A stretch of DNA of 64,000 nucleotides from Octopus vulgaris (GCA_951406725.2 OX597834.1:12772001-12836000), one strand, 5' to 3'. Positions 26,421 through 40,210 are shown, counted from the stretch's first letter. Notes: generated by a model from the sequence alone, not told the origin. Translations and numbers: made by a program.

Positions 26421-28701
26421 TGGCTGATATCTTCGTAGTGATGTTAATGGTGGTGATGGTGGTAGCTGCAAAAGTAATAGTAGTGGTAGTAGCAGCAGTA
26501 TAGTTGTGGTGGTGGTGTAGTAGTGTGGATGATGGTCGTGGTGGAGGTGGTGGTAGTGTGGATGATGTTGATTGAGGTGGTGGTGCTTGTTGTGGTAGTG
26601 GTGGTCGTCGTCGTTGTCGAGATGGTGGTGGTGTTGATGGAGGTGGTGGTGGTGATGGCGGTGGTGGTGATGATAGTGCTGATGGTGTTAGTAATGGTGG
26701 TCGTGGTTATGATGGTGGTGTTGGTGATGATGGTGGTGGTGGTGATAGTGATGGTAGCGGCAGCGGCGGTGAGGATAGTGTTGGTGTTAGCGGTGGTGAC
26801 GATAGTGTCTGCGGTATTAGTCGTGATAATGTTGACAATTGTGACTGTGGTTGCGATGGTATGGGTAGTTGCCGTGGCGATGAAGGCGGCGGGGGCGGCG
26901 GCGATAGCAGTGGCGGTGGTGGGGTGGTGATGGATGTAGTGTGTTGGGTGCGGTTTAGGATGATGGCGGTGGCGAGATTGTGGTAATAGATTTCTTGGAA
27001 ACATGCAGTGATGCTGATGGCGGTGTCCTTCTTGTTTCGGTTGTTATTGGAGATCGTCAGCGCTGACGATGGTGTCGCCAATGAACACGGCGCTGACGGT
27101 TTCATGGGCTGTTGTGAGTTTTGAGATGAGCATGACGGTGGTGATGACGGTTATGACGGTGCTGGTGATGACAGTGGTGTGTGTGTGGCGGCACCGGCTG
27201 CTGCTGCTGTTGGTAACCAACGACAACGACGATGATGACGACAATGCAGTTGTTTCCTTACAGCTGATGCTGATGTTAGTGATGATGATGATGATGATGA
27301 AAATTGGGAGGAGGAGGTTGTTGATGATGATGATGATGAAAATGAGGAGGAGGAGGTTGTTGATGATGATGATGGTGGTGATGACATCGGATGATCAGCA
27401 TGTTGACAATTATGATAAAAACGACGACGTTGCGGTTGCGGCTGCTACTGCCTCTACTGCTGTTGGTGATGACGATAATGAAGATGATGACACTGATGAT
27501 GGTGATCATGATGATGATGACGATGAAAAACATGATGATGGTGATCGTACTGTTAGCAATGGTTGCTTTCATGATGATGATCATGATAATGATGACGATG
27601 GTGATCATCATCATCGTAACGATAATGAAGACGAAGAGGAAGGTGATGATGACGATGATTACGATGACGACGACGACGACGATGATGATGATGATGACAC
27701 TAATATTAGCAACGGCTGTTTTGATGATGATAATGATGATGATGACACTGATGATGGTGATCGTGATGATGATGACGATGATGATGATTATGATAATGAC
27801 GACGATGATGATGATCATCAACATAACGATAATGAAGACGAAGAGGAAGATGATGATGACGATGATGATTGCAACGATAACGACAATCGTAATATTAGCA
27901 ACGGCTGTTGATGATGATGATGATGACGATGATGATAATGGTGATAATGATAATGATGTAGATGATGATGATGATGATCATAGTTATGATATTGCTCTAT
28001 GGACGTCAGTAGAGACGGCGGTGGCGGATGGTAGCGACGTTGCTAAGTCATCGGCTGCTAGTGCCGTTGAGATTGCAAGCGACGGCGATCCTGTTATGAG
28101 AGATGAAGTCGAAGCTGCGATGGTATTGGAGGGTTGGTGCAATAAGTGATGGTAGCAGTTTGTATACGTCAGATTATAGTGTTATATAGCACCTGTCTTA
28201 TTGCTGTTGCTGTTGTTGTTGTTGTTGCTGGTTGTGGTGGTGGTGCTGCTGGCGGCGGTGGTGGTGATGATGCCGTTGGTCTTGGAGACGTCTACTCTAT
28301 TTCTTAACACAATATGGCACGAGGTTAAGGAAGGCAGCCGAACGAACAAGTGAAAGAGTTGTGTTGAAATCAAAGACGAATCGTATTACGGGCAAATCGT
28401 GTGACACACATTTCCCTATGCATCTACAGACCAAAGCAGTAGTAGTAGTAGTAGTAGTAGTAGTAGCAGTAGTAGTAGTTGTAGTAGAGGTGGTAGTGGT
28501 GGTTGTAGCGGTGATAGTGGTGGAGCTGTTGGTAGTGGTGGTAGGAGTGGTAGTGGTAGTCGTGGTAGGGGTAGTAGTGATGGTGGAGCTAGTGGCGGTG
28601 ATAGTAGTAGCAGAAGTGGTGTTGGTGGTGGTGGTGCTGGTGGTAGTGGTGGCAGTAGTACTGGTAGTAGTAGCGGTGGTGTGTTAGTAGTAGAAGCGGT
28701 G

Positions 28702-28736
<35 letters not shown>

Positions 28737-28846
28737 TGTGGATGTTAGGAGTAGTAGTAGTGGTGGTTGTGATGGTTGTTGTGTTATTAGTAGTAGTAGT
28801 AGCGGGGGTGCTGTTAGTAGTAGTGGTAGTGGTCTTGATGTAGTAC

Positions 28847-28887
<41 letters not shown>

Positions 28888-28980
28888 CTATGGGTGGTGC
28901 GCGCGCTGGTGGTGGTGGTGGTGATGGTGTTGATGGCGGTGGGGATGTTGGTGATCGAGGTGATGATGTTAGTCGTCGTG
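26420..28980. repeat. Low-complexity trinucleotide field: (GTG)n, (GAT)n, (GTA)n
   Basis: Direct inspection; includes a thrice-repeated TTAGCAAYGGYTG motif at about 27553, 27706 and 27895. Confidence 0.9.
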
Positions 28981-29459
28981 AATTGATAGAATCGTCAGAG
29001 CTTCAGGAAAAAAATGAATTTTCCATAATTCTTCCGGTTCTTTGCCTTAGTAATTTCAAACAGCGGCGAGGAACCTCGCCTGTTGACCTTTTACGATCAT
29101 TGCAAAGTAACATTGAAATACTGAGGTCAGGATATCGCCTGTCATCCCATTTTCAGTCTCGTTAAGATTACTTGGCTTTGGCCAAATTAACTCCAATCGC
29201 ATTTCCTTGGCCTTGAAGGACATGCAGATTTTATCTCAAGCGGTGACCTTTGCGAATCAGGTTTTGCGGTGAACTATGTTCAAACAGATGAGGACAGACA
29301 CTTTTCTCCTTGACCGGACACTCATCAACGTTTTCAAATTTTACTTCAGAAGGAAAGTGAGTGCGATAAACAAGGTGCTTCCTTCCAGTAAATCTGATGA
29401 ATGCCAGGTGCAGGTGTCCTGCATGGCCAGCAACAACAGAACTACACTAAGCTTGTGTC

Positions 29460-29944
29460 CCCAAAGTCCACACCCTCCTCACCGTGGTGGGGACGCTGGC
29501 AACGGGTTGTGTAAGAGCTATGCCGTAGGGAACTTCGGTTCCTGGTAGGGCCACCCAAGGCGGATTGGTCTGACACCAAGTGGTATTGGGGCCACCATGT
29601 GGTGAAAATCCTCGGAGTATCTGTTTCGGTAACCGGCGGCTCCTCGGTCGTTCTGTCCCTGCGCTTGCTAAAAATCTGCAGCAAACAGGATGTCTCTACA
29701 TGCGGGATTGTTGGGGACCGCTCGTGAAACCCACATATTCCCACGAAACTTCTTCCATGAATTCACAATGGCGAATACAATTGCAAAATCGGCCTGCGCC
29801 GATGGAACCGTGACTGCCTCGCTATCTGCAGTGAACTGGCGCAGGACAATCATGCGTGGACTGCCATGGTTCGAGATGCCTCGAGGGTGGTAGAAGAAGC
29901 CGAGTCAACCCGCCCAGGGTGAATGTCGCCACAAGTACAAGCAA
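29460..29944 (+). mobile_element. Internally deleted RTE-clade LINE derivative (5' UTR-like part fused to the 3' end)
   Basis: 29791-29922 reads GLRRWNRDCLAICSELAQDNHAWTAMVRDASRVVEEAESTRPG*, followed by a CAAGTA-type tail as in RTE C-termini. Upstream CCGTGGTGGGG..GAGCTATGCCG..CCTGGTAGGGCCACCCAAGGCGGA resembles RTE 5' leaders. Confidence 0.65.
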
Positions 29945-30499
29945 TTAAGCTTGCTCTTATCGATTGTAGAAAAGCCACTTGCCTTATACGGTCTTGGTTT
30001 TATGGGGTTTCTACGAGCATCCCTAACTGTTGATTCTCAGTTGTGAGAAATTACAATAGGAAACAGAGTCAGTATATTTAATACTATTCATTGTGTAGGT
30101 TTAACTTGCAAAGTAATTCGATAGAATTCTGTTAAGGTGAGGTAATAGTGTCACACATGGTGATATCATTTTACAGCTTGTGACAAGGAAGTAGCGAAGT
30201 ACTGAATGGCTAAATACTAGAGTATATCTTGCAAAATCTGCCCAGCTTCTCGGAATATTATGGACAAAACCTGTTGATGTCATAGACCTTATTTTACAGT
30301 CGTAATTTTACGGATTCTATAATTATAAAGTACATCACATTTCATATTTTGGTTTCGTGAACGAACGAGAAGGGGATTGATTTACATAGCTCGGGTTGGG
30401 AAAGGTTTGGGGGTTTTATTTCTAGCGCGTTGGTTGAGTACGAAGAAGATGAGGGTCGTGAGGAGAAACAGGGAAAACAATGGCTTTCATGTGCATTTC

Positions 30500-31260
30500 T
30501 ATGATGAAGACAATTAGAATGATAATAATGATGATGATGTTGATGATGGTGGTGGAGATGATGATGGTGATGATGATAACCACATCACCACGACTGTCAC
30601 ATCGAAGTTCATCATCGTCATCAACATCATCATCATCATCATCTTCGTCGTCGTCATCAGCATCATCAACATAACGGTGATGTGCTGGATGAGTTGATGA
30701 GTTTATCGCGGTGACGATAAGTGACGCAATTGTGCGCCATAATGAGGATTTAGTTGATGGTTCTGGGAGTAATAATGAGATCAGAGGCTTGACGATATGA
30801 TTATCTGCAGAAATGAAAGCTAATCTACAAAGGGATCTACAAAGCATCAAAGGGATCATCCAAATTTTCCATTCGGATTTATACCAGGTAATTTATTTAC
30901 ATTTTGCCGTATCCACGCTAACGATGATGACGGTGACGATGATGACGATGGTGGTGGTGGTGGTGGTGATGGTGATGACGGTAGTGGTGGTGGTGGTGAT
31001 GATGATGATTATGACGATTATGATGACGATGATGATTATGACGATTATGATGACGATGATGATTATGACGATTATGATGACGATGATGACGATGATGATG
31101 ACGATGGTGAGGATGACGATGATAATGATGATGATGATGATTATGATGGCGATGATGATGATGATGATGATGATGACGATGATAATGATGATTATGATGA
31201 GGATGATGATGGTGACGATGATGATTATGAGGATGATGATGACGATAATGATGACGATGG
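30500..31260. repeat. (GAT)n/(CAT)n trinucleotide tracts (30500-30670 and 30920-31260)
   Basis: Direct inspection. Confidence 0.92.
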
Positions 31261-31527
31261 CATATAGTAATGGCATAAAAGCAGGGGTAAAATGGTTTAG
31301 TTTTTGAAAATGAATCCAATAATAATCGTGTTAGTGTTCAGGGAATCTGAAGATGTAATCATTTGCCAAAGCGATGAAGGTAAATGTGACAGCATAGCAA
31401 TAATATTAGACCTCTGCCTTTCCGCATTCTTACTTATTTACCATTTCCTTTATTTTGACATTTGTTTAATGATATATGTGTTTGTGTCTCTGTGTGTATG
31501 CGCGCGCGTATGCGTATGTATAACTAT

Positions 31528-31903
31528 ATCTGTTTTACTCGTTTCAGTCATTTGACTGTGGCCTTGCTGGAGCGCCGCCTTTAGTCGAGCAAATCGACTC
31601 AAGGACTTATTCTTTGTAAGCCCAGTACTTATTCTATCGGTCTCTTTTGCCGTATCGCTAAGTTATGTGGATGTAAACACACCAGCATCGGTTGTGAAGT
31701 TATGTTAGGGGGAGGGGCAAACACAGACCCACAAACATATACACATATATATACATATACATATAAACGACGGGTTTCCGTCTACCATATACACTCACAA
31801 GGCTTAGGTCAGCCTGAGGCTATAGTAGAAGACACTTGCCCAAGATGCCTCAGCGAGGGACTGAGCCCGAAACCATGTGGTTGGTAAGCAAGCTACTTAC
31901 CAC
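31528..31903 (-). mobile_element. SINE family A
   Basis: Aligns by eye with other A copies. Confidence 0.87.
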
Positions 31904-31933
31904 ATGAATATATGTGTATATATTTATATAGGT

Positions 31934-32000
<67 letters not shown>

Positions 32001-32512
32001 GAAATATAAATTTGATATAAATATGTTATGCCATGTTATGTTGGCAAAAACGATTTACTACAAACAGACATTTAGTAAGAGTTATTATCAGCAAAAATCG
32101 ATAATTCATCCCTTACAAACTACCGTGATGTGTTGGCCGTGATTGGTCTGCCGTCATGATGCTACAAACTCACACATAATATATCTAAGGGTATATTGCG
32201 TTCTCCTTCAGAATAGGTTATGATTTTAGTATTTATTAAACTTCACTGCCGTGAATCGAAACAGCTGTAAGGGATAATCATTGCTTTTTTGCTCATAATA
32301 AACTCTTCAATACCTCCAATTTCTTATTTTCCATTTGCATGATTTTAAATCATGGTTCATATATAAACGTATATAATATTATGCACATTAATCCCCCGCC
32401 AAAAAGTTAATAGGTATTGAGCCAGTATTTCCTTGGATAACACCAACCCTTCATGAGGACAAATTAACATCGAATTGAATTATATATATGTATATATATA
32501 TATATATTCTAG

Positions 32513-32562
32513 CAAAAACTGTCCGACGAACGGGAACGTGAAACTCAGAGTAACAGGTTTTG
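32513..32562 (+). ncRNA. Minimal type-I hammerhead ribozyme (one core substitution)
   Basis: CAAAAACTGT-CCGACGA-ACG-ggaa-CGT-GAAA-CTCAGAG-TA-ACAGGTTTTG: 9/10-bp stem I, U4 to C in the core, GUA cleavage triplet. The roughly 85-bp island is flanked on both sides by (TA)n. Confidence 0.7.
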
Positions 32563-32589
32563 TTGAATTTTCTGCTGCTTGTAAATAAA

Positions 32590-32644
<55 letters not shown>

Positions 32645-33234
32645 TACATATATACATATATACATATATATATGTGTGTGTGTGTATGAGTATGTGTGAT
32701 TATGTGTGTATGTTTGTGTGTGTTTATTGATGAAGGAAGGTATTTTGAAAATACTGATTGCACACAATAGAGCACTATAACACTTCAATATAATTTAGGA
32801 CGTTCGATGGTAAAAGTGAGGCAGAAGACACTACGCTGATTAAATCATTTTGCTTAGAACTTTACAGACACTCTGTTAAATAATGAAATATACCCGTCAA
32901 TAAACAACTTCAGATATATTATAACATCATACTGTACATGAGAATTTGTTCGACTCGACACATCCAAAGACTCGTGAGAACATTACGACAAAAGCTGCTA
33001 AGGTTAGAACCTCGAGAGACAGCAAAACCGTCAAATCATGATTTAACCACCATGGTTGAATGATGGATGGGTCAGATTTGGTGAACAAATTATTTCAGAC
33101 AGCGAACACCGACAGCTATTTAGAGATTGAGAGATAAGGTGAGATATTTAACCATTCTTCGGAGAGCAATTACTTCTTTGACAAATTATTTTGCACGCGA
33201 GCACGCGTGCATGTGTATACACGCATGCATATCC

Positions 33235-33291
<57 letters not shown>

Positions 33292-33384
33292 AGTGTATAT
33301 GCATATACATATATACAATACATATACATCTATATAGATATGTATACGTACACACAGTGTTACATACATACATACATAAATATT

Positions 33385-33429
<45 letters not shown>

Positions 33430-33519
33430 ATAAATATTTGTCTGTGCATGTGTATCTATATGTATGTGTTCCTTGTGGATGTGAGAACTGACTTGCCGAT
33501 TTTGACGTGTGAGGTACCA

Positions 33520-34990
33520 AAAGATACAGTAACCTTCCCGTTACCAAATAAACTATGTTTTCTTCACAACAACTCTTTTTTACTCCAAAAATAACCCCGA
33601 AAACGAGGTCTGTCGAACAATTCAGAGGTTTTTAGCTAAGGAAGGCAACTCACCAAACACACACCATCACCTTCAGTTGAGGAATTTTGCTCTTTGGAGT
33701 GTGTTTTGGTGGCTCGTCTTTGTCCAAGCATTATGCTGAACGTTTGTGGGTGTTGTAATGGATCCATTTCTCATTACATATCACAATACTATCCAACAAA
33801 GAAAGTAGAAAAAATCAGGCTTCCAAACGTTGCCGTTTCTGATTTTCATTGAGTTCATTTGGAACCCACTTACCTAACGCTCTCGCTTAACCGATTTGAA
33901 CTAGGTTAGTCAATATGGATCTTTTCCTTTTGAATGGCAGATGTCAACACAATTTCTAGGTAACTAAAAAGTTTTAAACTTTGTATACAGATAGAATGTG
34001 TTCATAAAACATCTTTTTCTTTTGGTGTTATTGAGAACATTCTATAGTTTGTAAGATATTTCGTCTGAAAATTCGAGCATTTCGGCAATTTTAACCAATC
34101 GATTACCTCCATTCAACTAAAATCATTTGCTGCGTCTAAAACTGAGACAACATACTGTAACTAACCCTAACCCCGCCCCGCTAACCATAATTTTTTTTTA
34201 ATTGTTAAATTAATTTAATTCCATTGCTTTAGTTTTTTACGCGCGTAACAATTAAATTAATTTAACAATTAAGAAAAAAAATTATGGTTAGGGTTAGGGG
34301 GGAGGTTTAGGGTCAGTTACAGGATGTTGTCTCAGTTTTAGACACAGCAAATGATTTTAGCTCAAAAGACAGCATAGGATTGGTTAAAATTCTAAAAATT
34401 AAACTACGTTAAAAGAACAAATTACAATTTTCTCAAGAAAGCTAAAAGAAAAAAAAATGTTTTATTTTGACACATTCTACCAGTATACGAAGTTTTAAAG
34501 TGTTTAGTTAACTAGAAATTGTCTGCCGTTCAAAAGGAAAAGATCTGTCAGTATTGTTTGCTTGCTAACACCAAACAACAACGATAATTCACATGAACTT
34601 TGAGATGGTTCCGAATCGACGGTGGCTTTCATTTGAGAGGTCAACGTTACCAGAATGAAATTTTGCAAACCAATTTCATACTATCAGCTGTGTAATAACA
34701 TTAGAATTAAATACTCCATTAATACACCGAGCTGTTTGTGATGCTGTATTTCCAAGAAATAAGTATTATTTCAAACTGTACGCCTTTCCGACCTATCCAT
34801 ATCTAAAGAAATCTAGTAAGAAACGATTTATAACTATTTTATAAAGCGCAAAATAAGAATAAGAATAAAGAAGTAGATGTGTCGGCTTTCTAACAAAAAT
34901 TAAGATTGTCAATATATAATAATGGCGCAAAATGAGCAGCTGTCAATGTTAACCATATACCTTACTACAAATTTCATACTTGACACCGTA
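33520..34990 (-). mobile_element. Decayed mariner transposon, interrupted by a MITE
   Basis: Minus-strand remnants MKATVDSEPSQSSCELSLLFGVSKQTILT | ..GKWVPNELNENQKRQRLEA (WVPHEL motif) ..IVICNEKWIHYN..LDKDEPPKHTPK..KVMVCVW. Ends are approximate. Confidence 0.82.
33917..34546. mobile_element. Fold-back MITE with GG terminus and 8-bp TSD (Merlin-like)
   Basis: Ends GGATCTTTTCCTTTTGAATGGCAG / CTGCCGTTCAAAAGGAAAAGATCT; almost the whole element is an imperfect palindrome; TSD GTCARTAT at 33909-33916 and 34547-34554. Confidence 0.88.
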
Positions 34991-35091
34991 ATACTAACTT
35001 TGAGACATAGTGGGACACAATACTCGATTTAACAACAAATATAAACACACACAAATACATACATATATAATGTGCAAGAATGTATATATGT

Positions 35092-35222
35092 TTGAGAAGT
35101 CTTTTTCCCAACTATATGGTTCCACGTTCAATCCCCCTGCATGGTACATTGGGCGAGGGCATTCTACTATAGCTCTAGGCCAAACTCAGATTTCTGACTG
35201 AATTTCGTAGATGGAAACTGCA
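35092..35222 (+). mobile_element. Old SINE family A head fragment
   Basis: TGGTTCCACGTTCAATCCC..TTGGGC..TTCTACTATAGC..GTAGATGGAAACTG. Confidence 0.65.
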
Positions 35223-35304
35223 GCGTTGTTCATCAGAAAATGACCGAAAAACATGTATATAGTGTATTGTTGTTTGCCTCATACTCCTCGCGTGCCAATT
35301 CTGC

Positions 35305-35382
<78 letters not shown>

Positions 35383-35405
35383 GTGTGTGTGTGTGTATAT
35401 ATATT

Positions 35406-35545
35406 TATAATAATAAGGGTTTTTTGCAACAAGTTGCTTGAACCACATACCAAAAATTTTAGAAATAGTAGCCTTTTGAATGCTATTTCTAACATTTCCG
35501 GTATGTGGTTTAAGCAACTTGTTGCAACAAACCCTTATTATTATA
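35406..35545. repeat. About 140-bp near-perfect hairpin
   Basis: TATAATAATAAGGGTTTTTTGCAACAAGTTGCTTGAACCACATACC..TTAGAAATAG pairs with CTATTTCTAA..GGTATGTGGTTTAAGCAACTTGTTGCAACAAACCCTTATTATTATA. Confidence 0.9.
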
Positions 35546-36151
35546 ATTATATAAATTTTTACCGAATATGGTCCTTTTCCATACCGAAATACTACTAGGT
35601 GAAATTTGTTGATTTTATTAAATTAATTATATTTCACCCTGTATCTGTAATGACTATATATATGATTATACTTTTGTGCATATAATACTGACGACGCCTA
35701 TATTTTCAACATGGCAACGGTTTTTTGACGGTATTATGCTTTGAAAATCTAAACTTACATCGTAATTTAAGTTCATATTCCGTACATTCGTCAGAAGAAA
35801 TAAATATAAAAGAATTACTTTTCATATGGAAACATTTGCACAATATTATAGGGTTACAATGATTGATTAAATCATACATCCAAATTACGTACATGCTCAT
35901 TCGACGAAAGAAATTTTCAACTCAGGCGCTATGAAAAATCGTCATGTGAATTCATGTAAAGTCGTTTAAAATTACATTTATGACATCTGCAACTAAATAG
36001 ATTTAATGTTCTACAGTAATAAAGTGACAGCGTACACACACCACTTCCCCTCTCATTCGTTCATTTTTTGCTCTCAATCTCTTTCTCTCTCTGCCTCTCG
36101 ATGTTGCCCATTCTCTACTATTTCAATCTTTCTGCATATGAGCTGCAGATG

Positions 36152-36199
<48 letters not shown>

Positions 36200-36202
<3 letters not shown>

Positions 36203-36520
36203 TTGCGGCAAAAATGTTCAGAACGGCACTGTTTTCGTCAGAAAACTAGGTATAAGTTTTTATTAAAGTTGTTTAATATTCTATAATTTTCACAGACAAT
36301 AAATACAATATTATTTGTTATTGTCCGATATTTTGGTGTAATTTGAGAGGATAATACAAAGGTTATGGATGATTTAGTGATTTACTGCAAAACCCATGGT
36401 GGCCAATAATATTGTATTTATTGTCTGTGAAAATTATAGAATATAAAACAACTTTGAGACAAATTTATACCTACTTTTCTGACGAAAACAATGCCGTTCT
36501 GAACAGTTTGACCCCAACTG
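36200..36520. mobile_element. Tc1/mariner-superfamily MITE with about 115-bp TIRs
   Basis: TA|CAGTTG...CAACTG|TA; arms 36200-36315 and 36405-36520 are reverse complements with scattered mismatches. Confidence 0.9.
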
Positions 36521-36546
36521 TATATATATATATGTTTGTATTTCTA

Positions 36547-36777
36547 TATTTTTTTTATTGCCCACAAGGGGCTAAGCATAGAGGGGACAAACAAGGACAG
36601 ACAAAAGGATTAAGTCGAGTACATCGACCCCAGTGCTAAACTGGTACTCTATTTATCGACCCCGAAAGGATGAAAGGCAAAGTCAACCTCGGCGGAATTT
36701 GAACCCAGAACGTAACGGCAGACGGAATACTGCTATGCATTTCGCCCGGCGTGCTAACGATTCTGGCAGCTCGCCTT
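36547..36777 (-). mobile_element. SINE family B
   Basis: Reverse complement of 10847-11078. Confidence 0.9.
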
Positions 36778-36830
36778 ATATATATATATATATATATATA
36801 TACTCATACATACAAATGCATATGTGTGTG

Positions 36831-36883
<53 letters not shown>

Positions 36884-37670
36884 ATAAACATACACAAGTA
36901 TATATATGTGTCTGCATGCATTTTTGCGTGAATGTGTGCGAGAGTGTGTGTGTGTGTGTAGCTCTTTTGCACACGCCTTGGAATCGCATAGACTTTGAAT
37001 TCATTTGTACAGCATTAAAAATCCTCAGTTTTACCCAGTTAATGTGTATCGAAGAAGCGCTGCAGCAATGTATAACTACTGATTTAGCAGTGGTCCAAAT
37101 ACGTGGCTTTTAAAATTGAATTGCATTTCAAGATTACGTTTCGATTAAGCTTACAATGAATTATTGCAGTTCGCAGTGTTTAATACAACATTTGATCTTG
37201 TTCAAGATCAAACGTCCTCAGAGATGCCCCAAAATAATGAGATATACACGAGCGTTACCTTGTTCATTGTTGAAGAGTTAACATTCCCTGTTAAATATCT
37301 CCTTAGCCTTGCAAGTAAATTATGTTGCCTGTCACGGGGAAGCAAATCTCATATAGAATATCTCATACAAAACTGATTGTATATTGATATCAAATTATCT
37401 GTTTTTATATAGATGTTAGACTTTCAGTTAGCGAGGTGTATCTGTCATGTTTAAGAGGCTGGTAAGAAACACTTACAGAAATTTCCAGGGATTTCAGGTC
37501 CAGTAAAAAGAGGTAAGGAGATATTCCCCAAATGTGGGTTTTTCCCTAGTGATTTCGGTATATTGCCTCATTACTATATGAATCTAGTAATGCAGAATGA
37601 TGGAAGAATGATTACGTTCGCAACGACAGTCTTACATGATTAAGAACTGTGCTCATGTAATGCTTACTAG

Positions 37671-37981
37671 GTGGAGGCACACGGCCTCTTTGTTAGAGCA
37701 GCGGACTCGCGGTCGAGGGATCGCGGGTTCGAATATCAGACCGGGCGATGTGTGTGTTTATGAGCGAAAAAACCTAATCTCCACATGGCTCCGGCTGAAG
37801 GTAATGGCGAGCTTCTGCTGACTCTTTCGCCACAACTTTCTCTCCCTTTTTCCTCCTGCATCTTGCAGCTCACCTGCGACGGACCGGCGTCCCGTCTAGG
37901 TGAGGAATATATACGCCAAGAAACCGGGAAACCGGCCCTTATGAGCCAGGCATGGCTCGAGAATGAACAAGCAAAAAAAAA
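37671..37981 (+). mobile_element. SINE family C, full length with A tail
   Basis: tRNA-like head (B box GGTTCGAAT), V-like CCTGCGACGGACCGGCGTCCCGT, and perfect 12-bp TSD AATGCTTACTAG at 37659-37670 and 37982-37993. Confidence 0.92.
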
Positions 37982-38350
37982 AATGCTTACTAGTACAGCT
38001 CTCTGGTTTCGGATCATATAAACTGACCGCTAAAAATGTCAGTCATGAAGATATTGCTAAGCTGCCTTTTTTTTAGGAAAATGACATTTGTCCGAACAGT
38101 TGTTTATTGGAATTAAATCGGCAGTAACATTGCCCTGCAATATGTTTATGCAAATCATCACCGGCATATAGGACAATGTGTTATTTTGCGTAAGAAAATT
38201 TTACATTGACTATAATATGATAACTTTTGAAAATGGCATGGAAAAACATTTTTAAAGAAATAATTCGCTCTTAAGTTAAAAATCAATGATCACAGATTCC
38301 TGAATAAGATATATATACCTCAATGTGACGAATTGAATAATAATATATTT

Positions 38351-38738
38351 GGATCCTTTCGGTTTGAACGGCAGTTTTTTCTAGCCGTGTCTTATGAAAT
38401 TGTCACCCATAATTATGACCCTAATATCGATCTATTACATTTCAATCTCTTTGAGGGTTAGGATTAGGGGTGTAAATAAACCCAATCTGTTTCTTAAACG
38501 AGGGACATATACATACGGCACAGAATGCTTTTTAACTCAATAGACGTCACTGATTGGTTGAAATTGCAGAAATTGAAGAAAAAAAAAAACAACGCATACC
38601 TTACAAACTATAGAATTTTCTCAATAAAGCCAAGAGAAAAAGATATTTTATAAACACATTCTACCAGTATACGAAGTTTACAATTTTTTAGTTACCTAGA
38701 AATTATGTTAAAAACTGCCGCTCAAACCGAAAAGGTCC
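38351..38738. mobile_element. MITE related to 33917-34546 (GG termini, 8-bp TSD)
   Basis: TIR GGATCCTTTCGGTTTGAACGGCAGTTTTT / AAAAACTGCCGCTCAAACCGAAAAGGTCC; perfect TSD ATATATTT at 38343-38350 and 38739-38746. The right subterminal region is shared with the 33917 element. Confidence 0.9.
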
Positions 38739-39596
38739 ATATATTTAATTCGGAGAGAATTTTGATTTTTGCTTCTCTATTTGGTTTGGAAGTGTTTCGA
38801 TACAAACTAAGGTACTGAAATATATTTTTTCCATTATGCTAGCAATAATCGCAGGCGCTAGTTCGGTTTCCCTCACTTTTTTTTAATATTATCAGTGATT
38901 TCAACAACATTTAAATCAATAAAAAAAATCGATAGTTTAATTAATTGTCCTGTCAGTCAAACAATCTAAGATACAAATCTTGAATAGCGAAGAAAAATTA
39001 AAGAATTTATTTTCCCGAGAGACAGGAGAGGTAACTCAGTACCTTTTCCTACCTTATTTCTTGTTCATGAACGAAATAGCAACGAAATGACTTATTAGAT
39101 AAACAAGATTATACATTGATTCGAGTAGGTAATAGCATTCTCTATTACGAAAAGTGTACATGTTTGGAAGAGTCTATGTAGATTTTTTTTTTTTATATTG
39201 GACGAAGTTTTTTGTCAGCAACGTTGACTTATAACTATAATCAAACACTAAGCTGTCAACGTCAAGTCCTGTAGTTATTACTTTTCTTCTTTTGTTTCCT
39301 AAGAATAAAGAAACAAAATAAAGAAACAAACCATAAAGAATAGGTAACAAAAAACACATCGTACTTCGAAATATACAACAGAGGAAAAAAGAAACATTTC
39401 AAATCAGGACGAAGTTAATGTAGGTTTTTTGTTCCCCGATTGTCGACAACTTTCAGGGAATGGACATGAAATAAATTAAAGTACGAATGTGTGAATAAAC
39501 CACTCGTAAATACGTGGGCAACGTCTTACAATTGACTGAATATGTACGTATCTCTGTTCCTACTTCAATATTGATCCGTTTTCATATATATATCTA

Positions 39597-40210
<614 letters not shown>

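Noticed and set aside
26444-27105. Thr/Val-rich mucin-like or membrane protein ORFs
   Set aside because: Overlapping ORFs on both strands arise from (GTG/CAC)n low complexity; no splice or domain evidence.
30813-31319. His-rich or Met-rich ORFs
   Set aside because: (GAT)n trinucleotide tract open in multiple frames.
34160-34312. Interstitial telomeric TTAGGG/CCCTAA motifs
   Set aside because: Only one or two units each, and part of the MITE arms.
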